Of a stretch of DNA of 63,815 nucleotides, positions 39,615 to 55,090 are shown piece after piece (the first letter of the stretch is position 1; each line of letters starts with the position of its first letter). The stretch is from assembly GCA_028534125.1 (NCBI GenBank), contig CM052850.1, forward strand, positions 7,192,186 to 7,256,000, read 5' to 3'. The DNA is from Lama glama. Taxonomy: Eukaryota. Under the pieces are notes generated by a model that worked only from the letters and a program-made list of their open reading frames with translations, was not told the DNA's origin and searched no databases. A program made the translations under genes and the position numbers.

Positions 39615-39995
39615 TGCTCTGGTTTGAATAGTGTCCTCTTCAAAATGCAGATCCACCTGGAACTTGTGAATGTGACCTTCTTTGGAAATAGTCTTTACAG
39701 ATGAAATCAAGATAAGATGAGGTTACAATGGATTAGGGTGGGCCCTCAATGCAATGTGACCAGTGTGTCTTTATAAGAAGAGGAAGAGACATGGACACAC
39801 AGGGAAATGGCATGTGTTATGGACTAAATGTTTGTGTCCCTCCAAAATTCATATGTTGGAATTCTCATTCCCAATTTGACGATACTAGGAGATGGGGCCT
39901 TTAGAGGATGATTAGGTCATGAGGGTGGAGCCCTCCCAAATGAGATTCATGCCCCTATAAAAGAGTCCTCGCAGGGTTTTCTCGCTGCTTCCGCT
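39615..39995 (+). mobile_element. Two fused MaLR LTR 5' halves (MLT1C-like 39615-39814, MLT1A/B-like from 39815)
   Basis: 'tgaatgtgaccttctttggaaatagtctttacagatgaaatcaagataagatgagg...gattagggtgggccct' followed by a new LTR start 'tgttatggactaaatgtttgtgtccctccaaaattcatatgttg...attaggtcatgagggtggagccctc'. Confidence 0.75.
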
Positions 39996-40283
39996 GTGTG
40001 TTCCTCGGGGAGACCTTCCACAGGAGAACACACTTGCTCAGGGTCACTGACAAGGGCAGCCTCACTGTCCTCCCGAGGAGACGAGCAGCAAGAAGGAAGC
40101 TCTGCACTGACCAGTTCGTCCTGCTGACTTGGTGTGGATTTCCTGAGTTGTGAAACTGAGATTTCCTCATAAGTGAAATTAGGAGGGGATTCAGGAAGGA
40201 TTAGACGTAAGATCTGAACAGGAGCCTAAGGTCCTTTGCTTCCCTCTGTTCAGCCTTCCCCGCCCCTGACACACATGGAATAA

Positions 40284-40403
<120 letters not shown>

Positions 40404-41475
40404 TAGCAGGACTGGTGTTGAAGGAGACCAGGATACTCTGTAAGCCTGAGGGGCCGCAGAGGCTTGTCCTGGCAAGGATTGGTCAGAAGGCAATGTCCCC
40501 TAGTGACAGGTCCCTGGGTGACAACTATCTGCATAGAAACTACATCTCCCTGCAGCTCTTCGATCCCCTGTGCCTAGCCTCTGACTCTGACAGGCAGGAT
40601 GGGGTCCCACCTTCCTCCCCATAGATCTGCACGTGGTCCCCTGTGGTCTGATGCTGCCCACAGCTGTGCAGAGCAGAGGTGGAAAGTCCCAAATAGGTTG
40701 GTGTTGTAGCAAGTCATATGTCTTTCTAGGCCACCCCAAAGCAGGCAGAATGTGGCACTCCTCACTGCATATGACAGAAGCCCTCAGAAAGGCCACAGGG
40801 TGAAGATCTAGACTTGGAAACAGCCCATTCAATCTAGGGCCATGGGGAACTCCACTGAGATCCTTGCTACTCTGAATCTAGCAGTTTTGCTTCCAAATCC
40901 TAAGCAAATTGCAAAGCCACTTTAGTACCTTAGGTATAAGCAGTCTGGGCTGGGCTGGGGATTTTGAACCAAATTCTGTCCCAAGGCTGTCCAGCATAGA
41001 CACCCTCTCTAGAGAACCACATGGACATGGGTCTCCAGGAGTCCTCAGATCTTGTTGCCTGCACACCCATGGCCAGGTCAGCTCAAATGGCATTAGGAAC
41101 AGAGGTAGCTACGGTTTCCAGGAATGGCATATCCCTACTGGATGGTGGACCCTGTTTCACCCTGGTTGGCTTGCTGAGAAAGGCTGAGAGAAAACGAATA
41201 TGGAGAGCTTGGAAATCAGCAGCCAGCTTGGTCCTAGAGGTGAGTAGATTCCAGTGGTGTTGGAGTTACTGATGGCTTTCTGCAGATTGTTTGTCTATAA
41301 GCCAAGCTCTGGTCATCTTTCGAAGGGAAGGTGAGATAAGTGTCAGCGATGACAAGTTAATTTTCATGGTCACAGGCCCTCTGGTAGCTTAGAAACCCAC
41401 AGAGGGTCCAATTCCAATACATGCTGGCCCTGCTGTGGAACTTATGTAAAATCGGCCATTTACGTTGATCCATAG

Positions 41476-41739
41476 AACTAGACAGTCCGCGAGACCTCAT
41501 GGTCACAGCCTCCTCGGAGACCTCCATCTCCCTCATCTGGACCAAGGCCAGCGGCCCCATTGACCACTACCGAATTACCTTTACCCCATCTTCTGGGATC
41601 GCCTCGGAAGTCACTGTGCCCAAGGACAGGACCTCGTACACACTGACAGACCTAGAGCCCGGGGCAGAATACATCATTTCAATCACTGCTGAGAGGGGTC
41701 GGCAGCAGAGCCTGGAGTCCACTGTGGATGCCTTCACAG
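41476..41739 (+). CDS. TNR: TNR exon: FNIII-5
   Basis: Acceptor ccatag|41476, donor CAG|gtacca. 264 nt, phase 1-1. [35 protein letters not shown]...[29 protein letters not shown]. Confidence 0.97.
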
Positions 41740-42230
41740 GTACCAGAAATCTCAGCTGGGTTCAGGGATCAACAGATCTGAGTGTGAGAAAGTCATCTAG
41801 GCAACCTATTCTTCCAATGCCCCATTTCCTTTAGAGAAAAGAAGAATGTGGGTAGAGAAAGAAGAGACAGAGAGGAAACTAATAAATACCTCAAGAAGGA
41901 ATGGTTGGAGGTAACGGGGAGGGATGAACAAGGCTACCTGCCTGCCTGAAATTTCATGTCTGGCTTCCTACAGGCTGGACATAGTAGTTGATTCTGTCCA
42001 TCTTTCCCTGCCTTTGCTAAATCAGTGGGCATTCAGAGGATCCACAGGATCATGTTAAGTTCCTTCTAGGACTGAGGTTTTAAATCCTAGCTAAGTATTA
42101 TGAATAGCTCACAGAGGTACTGCTGGTTTTATCCTGCTACTGGCATCCATTTTTCAGTGAATGGCTTGGGGAAAAGGAGGGTGGACAGAAGAGGAGAGTG
42201 AGGATGTGGAGGCTCTGGGCCAACAGGTGA

Positions 42231-42638
<408 letters not shown>

Positions 42639-43536
42639 TGACAGCAGGTGGTGAAGGGGGTTCCCACGGTAGCCTTTGACAAGTCAATGAAACTTACAAA
42701 GAGAAACACCCAAGGAATAGGAGACTGCTTCATTAGGCTAGAGAGGGTCTATGAGTTGTTCTGAAACAGCCACCTCTTCCAGGGCTGCACAGAAAGTATA
42801 AGACGGGAAACTTCCATTTAGAAGGTAGGATGGACTCAATGTCTGGAGGAGGCCAGGGCTTGAATGCATTTGTTGAGAGGCCCTCCCACTACCAACTGAG
42901 GGAAAGCCTTGGAGAAAGCTAGTCTCCAAGAGGAAACCCTTCTACAGTGAGGAGACATCTGTTCCTGTTCTGGAGAGCCATGGCTTGGCTACCCAGAAAT
43001 GCTGCTTCCTCAGACTCGTATGGGACTAGCATGTAACCATATAGGGACCTTGTACTCAGAGAATGGAGTTGATCTACCTGTGGTCTGGAAAGCACAGTTA
43101 CTCTGAAATGAACTGGATCGCTCTGATCTCATCCTTCTCAAATACAATCACCAATATGAATGTGCATGTGGGTGAGGACATGTGTGTTTGGGTGGTTTCC
43201 TACATAAAGAACTCACAAACTGAGTAAGTGGATTAAACACCCAGCTAGTTTCAACCTGCAATCTTCCTGGAGTCAAAAAAACAAAAAGGCATACAGGATA
43301 AATGAAATACAATTTAGGAAAGTGGATTTGTTCTGGACTTGTGCTCTGAAATTTCTCTATAGTCAATAGCAATTTTTCCAAATTGAACCAAAGGTGACTG
43401 CTAAAAAAAAAAAAAAGAGATAGAGACAGAGTTGGGTTTGTACAAGAGAAGCTGCCCCAGAGAAAATGACTGTTACTCCCAGTTCAAAACAAAACACACA
43501 CACTTAAAGGAAAGTTCCCATCTGGCCTTCAGATAG

Positions 43537-43896
<360 letters not shown>

Positions 43897-44723
43897 TGAT
43901 GTCTCAAAGATGAATGGGATTTGGAGCTGGATGAAGATTGTTATGGGAGGATTAGCAGATCCCAGAGGATATCGCCCCCAGCCCCGCCTGCATTTTCCCT
44001 CCTCTCTGTAGTGTACTCCATCAGAATGACAGTGGGTTGATGGGGAGTGGCCAAGGAACCCTGAACTCACCAACTCCTCTCACAAAAGGCTTGATTACTT
44101 TCACTCAGAAAGCAGGGCCTTCAACAGTAGAGTGAACCATGATAATCAGTCACCATTATCCAGACCGTGTATTCAGAAACAAAGGACCCTAAAAGAATCT
44201 GCCAAGAATCTCACATGTGCTTTTCTGAGAGAATTAAAGTCCAAGGCTAAACCCCTCGGGGGATGCCTAAAGACACCACAGAGCCAGTTGGAGCCTTGGA
44301 GGGGATCCCAGTGATGGTGGTCCTACTACTGCCACTCCAGCCAAGCTATGAGTCAGAAGAAGTTGGCCCAGACCTCACCTGCATCCTGCCAGTTCTTGCA
44401 GGTGCATGTAGAATTGTTAATGAAGTGGAGGGTACATTCCCTTCCAGTGAAGGGGTGGGATCATTTTTCAGACTATCTTGTCTCTGGGCTGCGTGGACCA
44501 CTCTTTGCAGTCATGCCCTCCATACTGTTTTAAGAAGACCAGCTTGTTAGAAAACCATCTAATAAATAGCTTTTTTTCTTTGTTCCTGGGAGCCTATAAA
44601 ATGAGGGGATGGAACCAGCAGACAGGGTCTCTTCAAGCTCCAACATCCCTAGTCCCTCCCCTGCCCCCAACTTGCACCCATGACCAAGTACCACTGGGAG
44701 CGGCTACAAAGACTGTGCCATGA

Positions 44724-45005
<282 letters not shown>

Positions 45006-47413
45006 TAACGGTGGGGACACTGGTTCTGGGGTCCCAGGCTCCACTCCTCGTCCTCCTCTGACTCACACTGTTATGCAAAACAGTTTCCAATTTTCTCCCC
45101 TTTGACGTTCCTCTGCAATCCTAGGACTTTGGAATCACCCTCTAAGAGTCTTATGGGTTTAGGTCAGAAAATTTCGTGGAATTTCCAAAATGAAAAGTGA
45201 CCTTCCGAAGACTCATGACAGAAGTGAATTTCAGAACAGACACCTGATTCATCCCATCTAATTTTTTAAAGAACTCAAACAAGGAAATTTTACCTTAGGG
45301 GGGTTAAAAAAAAAAAGGTTATTATTCCAGTAACGACCCTTGGGGTCATGAAACGCCCCATCCTATACAGCCCGAAACCACCAAGTAGCTGCATTTGCTC
45401 TTCATGCTCCAGGGGAGGAAGAACGGGGTGGCTTCCTCTGAAAAATGAGCCCGAGGACAGGGCTTCTGCAGCAGCTCCACTGCCCCTCCCCCCCGACCCC
45501 TCAGCCAGCCCGTCCTGCAGAACTGAGAAAGATCTGCTGTAGATGTCACAAGAGGGGACAGCCAACGTTTTCTGTCTCCAACCCCTAGACCCAACCTCTC
45601 AGTGAAGCTAGTGTTCCTACAGCACATAGGAAAACACCCAGCTTGCCTCATCAGGGGAACGCCTGGACTTCCTGAGGCTGCCTACTTTCCTCAGAGAATG
45701 GTATTTCCTGAATAAGGAAAATGTAACAGGGAATTCCTCATTGCTGTTGTAGGTGATCCCACAAGCCCAGAAAGAGCATTTCTAAGGCCAAGGCCAAAGA
45801 AACATTCCTTCAGAAACTCAAAAAATTACTCATCTAAAAGACAGCCCAGGATGTTCTCATCTTCCCTAATCTCCTTCTACGCCTCCATGTGCAGATAGCC
45901 CAGCCATGTGTTTTGGTTCAGTCTTACCCTTTCTATCAAGTTATCTATGACCCTTAAAGTTTCAACAGATATTGACCTGAAGTGATGAACCCCCTCATAC
46001 TTTCCTCAAAATGTTAGATATTCATGTTACAGAAAATAGGCTTTCTCTCAGTGAGGACAATAAAATGGATTTCAGGAAATTCCTAAAAGAACAGCAGCCC
46101 AGGTTACAAACGCATTCCTTGGGTTCTCAGTCATAAGCAGCAAGGATCTCTAAAGGAGATATTCAAGAGTGCACCGACTCAAACTGCACCTCCTCAAGTT
46201 CAGACAGAGCTACTTCGGCAACTCCCAATAACCAGATTGCTCTCAGAAATGTCTTATTTTGTTGTTGGTTTTTTCTGGCTGCTTTAATGTGTGGTCTATG
46301 ATTTTATAACATTTGGAAATGAATACTACTCAGGGTCCCATGGTGAACTGCAAAGAGGTCAAGCTAATCGTAGTCTCGTAAGATTTTTCGTCTTTGTTCC
46401 TTTTCATAAGGTTGCATTTGAAGAACTCGTTCAAGGCATAGGTTATGGATACGTTAAAACTGTAAACACATTTTATGGTGGTTGTTTCTTTGACATGAAG
46501 GACACAGGCAAATGATAAAATCTTTCAGTTAGAGAAGAGGGCCAGATTAACAGCACATCTTGGTCCCCAAAGCAAAGTACATGACACGCAGGTTGAGCAG
46601 ATGTCTAAACTATTATAATAACATCCATTTCTAAAATAAACCCCCAACTTTACAGAAGGGAGGTGTGGTAAGGAAACAGGCAGGGAGCATTGGCAAGTGA
46701 GCATGGGAACATGGTGCAAACTCCTTTCCTCAACAGGCATTCTTGGCTTTAAGCCTGAAAGAATTCCCTTGACTCTCTGTGAAACTAAAAGGACCCCTGG
46801 GACTCAATACAGAGTCAGTATTAGCAAAGCAAGAAATCAATAATCAGATATGACTTGAAAGGCAACCTGACTCCCATTTGTCATTCCACAAATATTTATT
46901 GAGTAACTTGTAAGTTCCAGATGCTGGGGTGACTCCCTGACTTCACGGAACACACACCATAATTCCTGAAGTTCAACAGAGATGGTTACACAAGGCATGT
47001 CCCTTATATTCATGGAAGTACAAATAGCCTGGGAAGCACATGATCTCATTACCTAAAGAACAATAACAATTTCTATATGTTCTTAGCTTCTCCATCTAGG
47101 TTTAAATGTCTAAAACACAACAGCCATACTTGGACTCCCCCATGACACCTGACAGTGCCCTGTACATATGAAGTTAATGATTGAATTAAAAGGAAGATCT
47201 GGGGGCAACCAGGGGAGAACTGGGTACTTGAGATGGAGGAGGAATGGGAGACGAGGAAGGGGCCGATGGAATCAGAAAGGGGAGAAAGGAACGAGGTCTT
47301 CACTCGCTTCATTATTTCGGCGCAGCAGCAGACACGCATCATGGGTGGAACCAGAGGACCCAGTTCACCGCACTTCCTCTTACTTCACCTGCCTTTTTCC
47401 TATACCGTTTCAG

Positions 47414-47533
47414 CCATGGACAATCCTGTGGATCTGACTGCTGCCAACATCACTCCCACAGAAGCCCTGCTGCAGTGGAAGGCGCCCGTGGGCAACGTGG
47501 AGAACTACGTCCTCGTTCTCACACACTTTGCAG
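47414..47533 (+). CDS. TNR: TNR exon: FNIII-7 N-terminal part
   Basis: Acceptor gtttcag|47414, donor CAG|gtgggt. 120 nt. [39 protein letters not shown]. Confidence 0.97.
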
Positions 47534-47899
47534 GTGGGTGTCGGCAGGTCTGTGCATCGGGCAGGTGGGGGTGGTGGGGACTGGGACTGAAGATGGGTAC
47601 GAAAGTTAAAAAACAAAACATTTTATCAATCTGAGAGAAAATTAGACACTTTCCTGCTTTAATTTCACCATAAAGCCCTCACCATATCCCCCAAACTCAG
47701 AATTGTACCAACTGTGGGAATTGAGAAGGCTGAATCTAAAAGGTATAAGAAGGGCATGTGACCAAGGGCAGATACAAAAACAGAGATAGCATTTGAAAGA
47801 CAAAACTCATAACTGAGCTAAGCCTTGCCCCAAAGTGCCACAGGCAAGAAAGCTGACTTTTCTAGACATGTTTACAGAGCAAGGAAAACACTAAAGGAC

Positions 47900-50200
47900 C
47901 ATGTGTGAAATAGATAATATGTGATAACAGGAGACAAAGGTGTCAGGACTGCTCAGCTCCTCTGTCGCTTTGGTCTTCTCTACCCATATCCGACCCAAAA
48001 GGTTCAGCCGATGTGAAATCTTGAGTTTCAGTGTCTTTCCCACCATACTTGTTCCCCTTAACACTACTTGAAGCTGAAGAGAGAAGCCCAAAGCAAAATA
48101 CTGTTGAGTAGCTAAGTGTCTAGGTCTAGGAAAATTATTTCCCTTCCTAAACTATACATGTGCTCACAGAATATTGTGGGTTATATTCAGGAATCCAGAG
48201 AACAAAAGATACCAGAAGACAGAAGGCAGGCAGATGTCTCAGTTTCCAAAAATGACAGATTAAGCCAGTTCTGTAAGCTGCAAAGTAAACTGATTGTCAA
48301 AGCCTGGAGACGTGAAAACCAAAATAGATTGTTAAATAAGTTGGAAAGGAATTAGTGATTACTATACACCAGCATCGGTTCACTAGGAATGGGTTTTACC
48401 AAAGCCACTTGACATCCTTTTCTTTAATTAGCAAATCTGCTAGCACCTTAGTATATCAGCAAAGCATTAGAAAAACCCACTTATCACTGAGATGGAAAAA
48501 TACATGGCGGATCACATTTGGAGTCACACAGCTGATTGACTGACCCTCCTCAAAGAATGAGTATCATTACCATGGAGACATCCTAACCCCGCTGTGTGCA
48601 CACACAAGACACCTCAACCCCTCCCACCCTTCCCTGCACATTGTGATCTGCATTTCTTAACTTTCATCTGCCTTCACAAACCACTGGGCATTTGCACAGG
48701 CTCTTTCCTTTATCAGGAAACACTCTCCCTACTTGTCTGCCTAGAAACTCCATCCTTCAGGTCTTCGTTGCAACCCTATCTCCTCTGTCAAAGCTTCCGT
48801 TATTCTCTTAAGGCAGTCAGATGCAACTGCTCAAGCCCCGACATAGCGATTAACCTCCATTTATTCAACAGAGACTTTCACTGCTCTCCCACGTGCCATG
48901 TACTCTCTAAGGGTATAATGATTCAGAGCCAAAACATGAGTTCTTGTCTTCACAGAACTCATTTCTGGTGATGATGCAGACAACTGAATAGTCACCACCC
49001 CATGTGACCAGTGTCATGATATGGGCATGCACAAGACATCTCAGGTCACATCTGATGGGCCATTATGATTCAGGGTGAGGTGTTTAGAGGAAGAAAGAAG
49101 GCAGATCTTACACAAAGTTAAAGAAAAAGAGAATAGAAGAAGAAAGGGAATTCCAAGAAAAAGAGTAGCCTGTTTGCCTGTGGAGAGAGAGCATGGGGAG
49201 TTTAAGGAACCTGCATAGTTGATGTGGTGGAGCACGGACAGTTGGCAGCGTGTTGCAAAGGACAATATTAAAAAGATAGAGCCATTAGGTGAGCTGGTTG
49301 AGGTTTTAACTTGCTTGCATGCCTCTCTATGCCTATAGATCACATAAAACTTGAAACCTCACCCCCTCCATTGTTTGGAGAATTGCCTAGTGAACTCTGT
49401 TAAATGCTGAATGACTCTGGAGTATTCTCAAGGCACAATAAGAGGCTTGGCCTTGATCTAATGAACAGTTTTACCAACAGCTTGAATGAATACAGAGAAG
49501 ACACGCATACCAAATTTGTGTATAAAACAAAACTGTGATCAATAGAATGCAAACTCAGATACATTTTAATAAACTGAAACAGTGGCCCCAAACTCAGTCA
49601 ACATGGCAAAATGCAGTAGAAATGAATGCGGAACTCTTCCCATGGATGCAAAAAATCAACTAAAATTAACTATACAAGGTAAGGTTGAGTAGGGGGGTTA
49701 TAAACAAGATCTTTGATTAGTGATAATCTCAGCATGTGACAATACCCAATGATTGTCTCAAAACCTAATGGATTAATATACATAATTGGCACAAATAGAA
49801 GCAGAGATCAACTCTGTTTCTTTCATTGTCAGTAAGCCTCAATTATTGTTCTCTATTTTCTTCTGAGTTTTGCATTTTAGCAGGGACATTGATAAACTCT
49901 TAATTGTTTTGAGAGAGGCAGTCAGCATTGTGACAGCTTTAGAATCATCATAGACGTGTAATGGGGGCTGGGGGCTGAATTTTCTCAGCCTGGAGGAGAG
50001 AAGACTTGATTAGGAGGCATGAGGGCCAGGAAGGGGTCATGTAGACAAAGGATTCGGTTTCTTCTTTGTAACCCCAGACATCTAAGTAAAAGTCTTGCAT
50101 AAGACAATTTGGCCTCCAAATAAGGAATATTTTTCTCAAGTTGCAAAACGAGACGAGAGGGGATCTTTGTATGGAATGAAATGCTAAGCTAAATAATCTC
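47900..50200 (+). mobile_element. Highly decayed L3/CR1 LINE interrupted by L2 fragments (~48620-49320)
   Basis: CR1-like blocks 'gaagacagaaggcaggcagatgtctcagtttccaaaa', 'cagcatcggttcactaggaat...ccaaagccacttgacatccttt', 'caaatttgtgtataaaacaaaactg', 'cagcctggaggagagaagact'. Boundaries approximate. Confidence 0.5.
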
Positions 50201-50320
50201 TAAAAGCTTTTTTCCAAAATTCTCTAATACTGAATATTTATGAAGTGCCTTTGGAATTGATGAGTCTTTCCTAAGTGGAATAGCCTTATTCAGTCCTTAG
50301 CCATATCCATCTTATTTCAG

Positions 50321-50464
50321 TTGCTGGAGAGACCATCCTGGTTGACGGAGACAGTGAGGAATTCCATCTGGTTGACCTGCTTCCCAGGACCCACTATACT
50401 GTCACTATGTATGCCACCAGCGGGCCTCTCACCAGTGCCACCATCAGCACCAACTTCTCTACCC
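50321..50464 (+). CDS. TNR: TNR exon: FNIII-7 C-terminal part
   Basis: Acceptor atttcag|50321, donor CCC|gtgagt. 144 nt. [47 protein letters not shown]. Confidence 0.97.
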
Positions 50465-50807
50465 GTGAGTACATGGCCAGCTACATACCCAGTATCCTGT
50501 GATGCTTTTGTGGATCCCGAAAATGATCAGTTTCCATATGCTGGACTACATTATAGGCTACAGGCTTTGGACCAGGCAGCCATGAGCTAGTCTCGTTTTA
50601 GTTAACTGCGGCCCAAATGCCAATGAAAGTGAGTTGACGCTCTCTTCCTGGGTCAGGCTGACGGCCATAGAATCAGGCCAAGAGAGGCCAGTCCTGGGCG
50701 TGCATCTGGCCCAGAAAAGTCTGATGGATAATAAAGGGCTTGATATCAGGGAGAGAGCTACTGGCTGCCGTCACGGCTGGGAGAACAGTACACAAAGATG
50801 TAGTTAG

Positions 50808-51446
<639 letters not shown>

Positions 51447-52152
51447 TGAGCCTCAGTAGCTTCTCCAGGTAACAGGGGGCATCCACCCCTGCAGCTTCAC
51501 CTGGTGGTGCTGGTGCTTCCAACATGAAGAGGCAAAGCACATTGGAAACTTCCAAGCCAATATATGTACATGGTATTGGAACGATTTTTTTGTAACAGGG
51601 CCAAGCAAACATGAGCTGGATTACCAAATGTGACAGTCTTGTATGCCTCTTAATAAGCATTACAAAGGCTACACTCATCTAGCCCACCATAAAGAGATGA
51701 CAAATTTCAGTTTTAGGTGATCAGAATTGTTCAGTCAACCTAGAGCACTGGTTATCAAACTTCTGTTAGCAGTGGAATCCTTTTTCTTTTTTTTTTAAGT
51801 ACATTCTGAAGCCGCATACACAGAACAGATTTTGGTAGAGCTAGTCTGTTGGATTTAGAAGAGGGAGGCCTAGGATCCAGGCCTAGTTTCCTCAGGCCTC
51901 CAGGAGGCCTCCTGCAATCCTAAAACCACCGGGTTCGATAATCCAGAGCCTAAATTTAATCCAGTGTGCCTCCTGGCCTCAACCTCACATAGGATCTGTT
52001 CCCCCTGCTTATTGGAAAGGTTGTCTCCTTACATAGTGTGGGATGGAGTGGATGAAAATGGCCACAGCAGTACTGATCGTGGGGGTCTGGACTTCCCTTC
52101 CCCACTCCCCTCCACGGCGAGCTAGTCACTCCCTTCCATCTCTCTCCCGCAG

Positions 52153-52285
52153 GAGCTGATTGTGGATGCGGAGGACACATGGATCCGACTGGAGGGCCTG
52201 TCCGAGAGCACAGACTACACAGTGCTCCTGCAGGCGGCCCAGGACACCGAGCGGAGCAGCATCACCTCCACCACCTTCATCACAG
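52153..52285 (+). CDS. TNR: TNR exon: FNIII-8 C-terminal half (last exon before the fibrinogen-like domain)
   Basis: Acceptor cccgcag|52153, donor CAG|gtgaga. 133 nt, phase 0-1. [44 protein letters not shown]. Confidence 0.97.
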
Positions 52286-52959
52286 GTGAGAGAGTTACTG
52301 CCACTTTGATGCCTTCTTCCCTGCAGGGCGTTTGGAAGGAGCCCATCAGAGAAACTCAGTTGCCTTCTCTTGCAAAGGAAAATAACATTTCCTCCACTCC
52401 TGCCTTCCCCCCATTGCCAACGCCCTGCCAGGAAGCCTCTCAGTACCAAGGCAACCATAGGAACCAGCCGCGCAAATTCCTGGTCCGCCCGGACCAACTA
52501 AATGCGCCAAGTAAGACAGCAGGCTCCTGTTCAGATTTTCTGCAAGTATTTTTTCCAGCACAGTTTGTCCTTCCCTCCCTCCTTCCTCTGCTGCCTGTAA
52601 TCAGATCCACCTAGTCAGAGCTGCAGAAGTAAAGCCCCGATATTGAATCTACGACTCTTCTCCACGCACAGAGCACTTCTGCGTTCCTGTGTTCTCAACC
52701 CATCCTTGTAACAACTGATGAGAAGGGCCTCACTGTGCCCATTTCATCTCAGAAGGTGAAACTCAGGTGCATGGAAATCAAATCATTAGATGGTAGTAAG
52801 TGGCCGGGTCAAAACCTGAACCAAAATCTACTTTGAAATCTAGTGCTCCTGCTGCCTTCCTTCATTTCAGCGTCAGTGGTAGATGCTGGAAAGGCCCTTA
52901 CGGGATAAGGGTGTCCTAACGTCTATAACAGAGATAAACTAATGTCTGGCCCTTCAGGA

Positions 52960-53170
52960 CTGTTTGACAGGCACTGTTCTCACTGCACTACGCGCACTTC
53001 CTTATTTAAGCCTCATGGCGGCCTACGAGGGCTGTTCTAGCATTCCTATTTACAGGTGAGGAAACGGGGCCACAGAGAGTTGCCGTAACTCATCCAAGAT
53101 CCCATAGCTCGTAAGTAGGTCAGCTAAGATCTGACCCCCGTTGTTCTGGCCCTGGGGTCTGAGCTGTGAA
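52960..53170 (-). mobile_element. MIR SINE
   Basis: 'caggcactgttctc...tatttaagcctcat...cctatttacaggtgaggaaacggggccacagagagttgccgtaactcatccaagatcccatagct'. Confidence 0.7.
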
Positions 53171-55019
53171 CAGTCCTTTCTGCCCCTTTGCATGGTGCCT
53201 CTGTACAGTCTGTAAGGTGGGACAGCTCAGCTCAGACTTTGAATTCTCCCTCTGCCCTACAGTCTGGGGCTGTGACCGTGCACAATGTGGGGCAAGTATA
53301 GGCGTGTTCCTTATCCCCAGACGCACATCTGCCTGCATCTCGGAGCACCAGGATGACTGCATTCCTGTCCACACCCCAGCGTCCATCCTCCCATCACCAG
53401 AGAGAGGTGGCAGAAAGTCCCCCGTTCCTACCCAGGTGCCTCCCCCATTAGACTTGTTCTAAATGACAAACAGGACACCGGATTAAATGCACCAAAATGT
53501 CACCAGTAGTTCTTTAGGGCAGTGAGATTATGAACTGGTCTTCTTTTTTTACACTTTTCTATATCTTGCAAAGTATCTACAATGAGCACATTAATCAGAA
53601 AAACAATTTTTAATTAAAAATTAAAAATTAACCTTGGTCACACAACCAAGGTGTTAATCCACGGTGGGTCCTTACCAAGTGGAATTCGGAGGATGCTTGA
53701 TGAGTTTTATAGGGTTGAAGTCAATTACGCTCACCCGCCATGACCTTTCATAGGGTGTCATCTCAAAACCAAGGTGTCACTCTCTTCTTGTTCAAGCCCT
53801 TCTCTACATACTCACAGGTTAATTAAAAGGTCCTCTAGTGTTTCCTTTTCCAAGCTACCACCCCAAGACCCAAGGATTGGAGCTTTTCACTGAGTTAACA
53901 TTTTCCTTCCCTTAAAAAGGACACAGATGACAGAAACATAAACAGAGCTCCCAATCTGCATATTTATTGGATCTAAACTGATCATTTCATTCCCCAAATG
54001 CATGGGTTCCAATGCTTGCTCAGTACAGTATGAGATTTCAGCTCCCATCCCGGCAGTGCCACAGCCAGTGGTTGTGAGCAGTATGAGGACACGCCTGAGG
54101 CTTCCACAGCATCTGGCAGCTGTGCCTTGCTCCAGATCCACCTGGGTTGTAAAAGCATGCCAGCTTCTGGGCCCACCACTGGCCCCGCTGAGATGAAGCT
54201 GCCCCCAGCAGGTGTGCAACAGTTTTGCGTCTAGAATCCTAAATCCAGCTGGAGGCTCAGCAAGACTCAATGAACCGAGGGTTGACAATTCGTGCCCATC
54301 TGGAGAGGAGCCCAGGGTAGGGGCTTTGTTCAGCGGATAGTACAGAGGGACATCAGGATGTATTTGGGTACTTGTTTATTTTTATGAGGCTTCAATTGAC
54401 ACTGGGCGCCTGCAGCATGACCAATACCACTTCAGAAAAGAGAACGCAGAACTCAGGAGCCCACTTGACCGTTTAATCAGTGTAGTTACTGCCCCACCTG
54501 CTCGATGCAACTTGAGGAACCAGAGAAAGACTTGCCACAACAACTACAGTGGTCCATGGCAAAGATGGGTCCATGTCCAAAAGCTTTACAGAGTTTTACT
54601 GGAATGCTCAGATTCCTACCAAACCCTGCTGGCTTTGTCTTGGAGATTTATCAGAACCTGCTGAAGTGACCCACTGCAGAATGAAAAGTTCGTGGACTGA
54701 AGTAATGCATGTGAAATTACCTTGCACAAAGCCTGGCACACAGCAGACATGGTAAACGGCGGCTGAATGGAATGGTTAAATCCCAGCTGCAGCGTATCTC
54801 CAGAGGTCCCCTGAGCGTGGGCTTCCTCTGGGAAGAGTCGTTGGGGCAACAGGGCCTCCAGTCTGATTCTGCCATTCTCTGAGCCTCCCCTGACTCTCAT
54901 TACATCGCAGCCCCTCCTCTCCCCATTCCTCCGTCAGGACCGGCATTTACTCCCCTCACACACCCAGAGCCACATGGTGCACCCTGCAAACTCCATCTTT
55001 GGGCTCCTGTTATTTGCCT

Positions 55020-55090
55020 AAAAAAAAAAAAAGAAGAAGGAAAGAAAAAGAAAGATAAGAAGGAAAAGAAACAAAAAACAAAGAGAAGAG
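55020..55090. repeat. A/G-rich low-complexity tract
   Basis: Poly-A followed by GAAA/GAAG variants, read directly. Confidence 0.8.
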
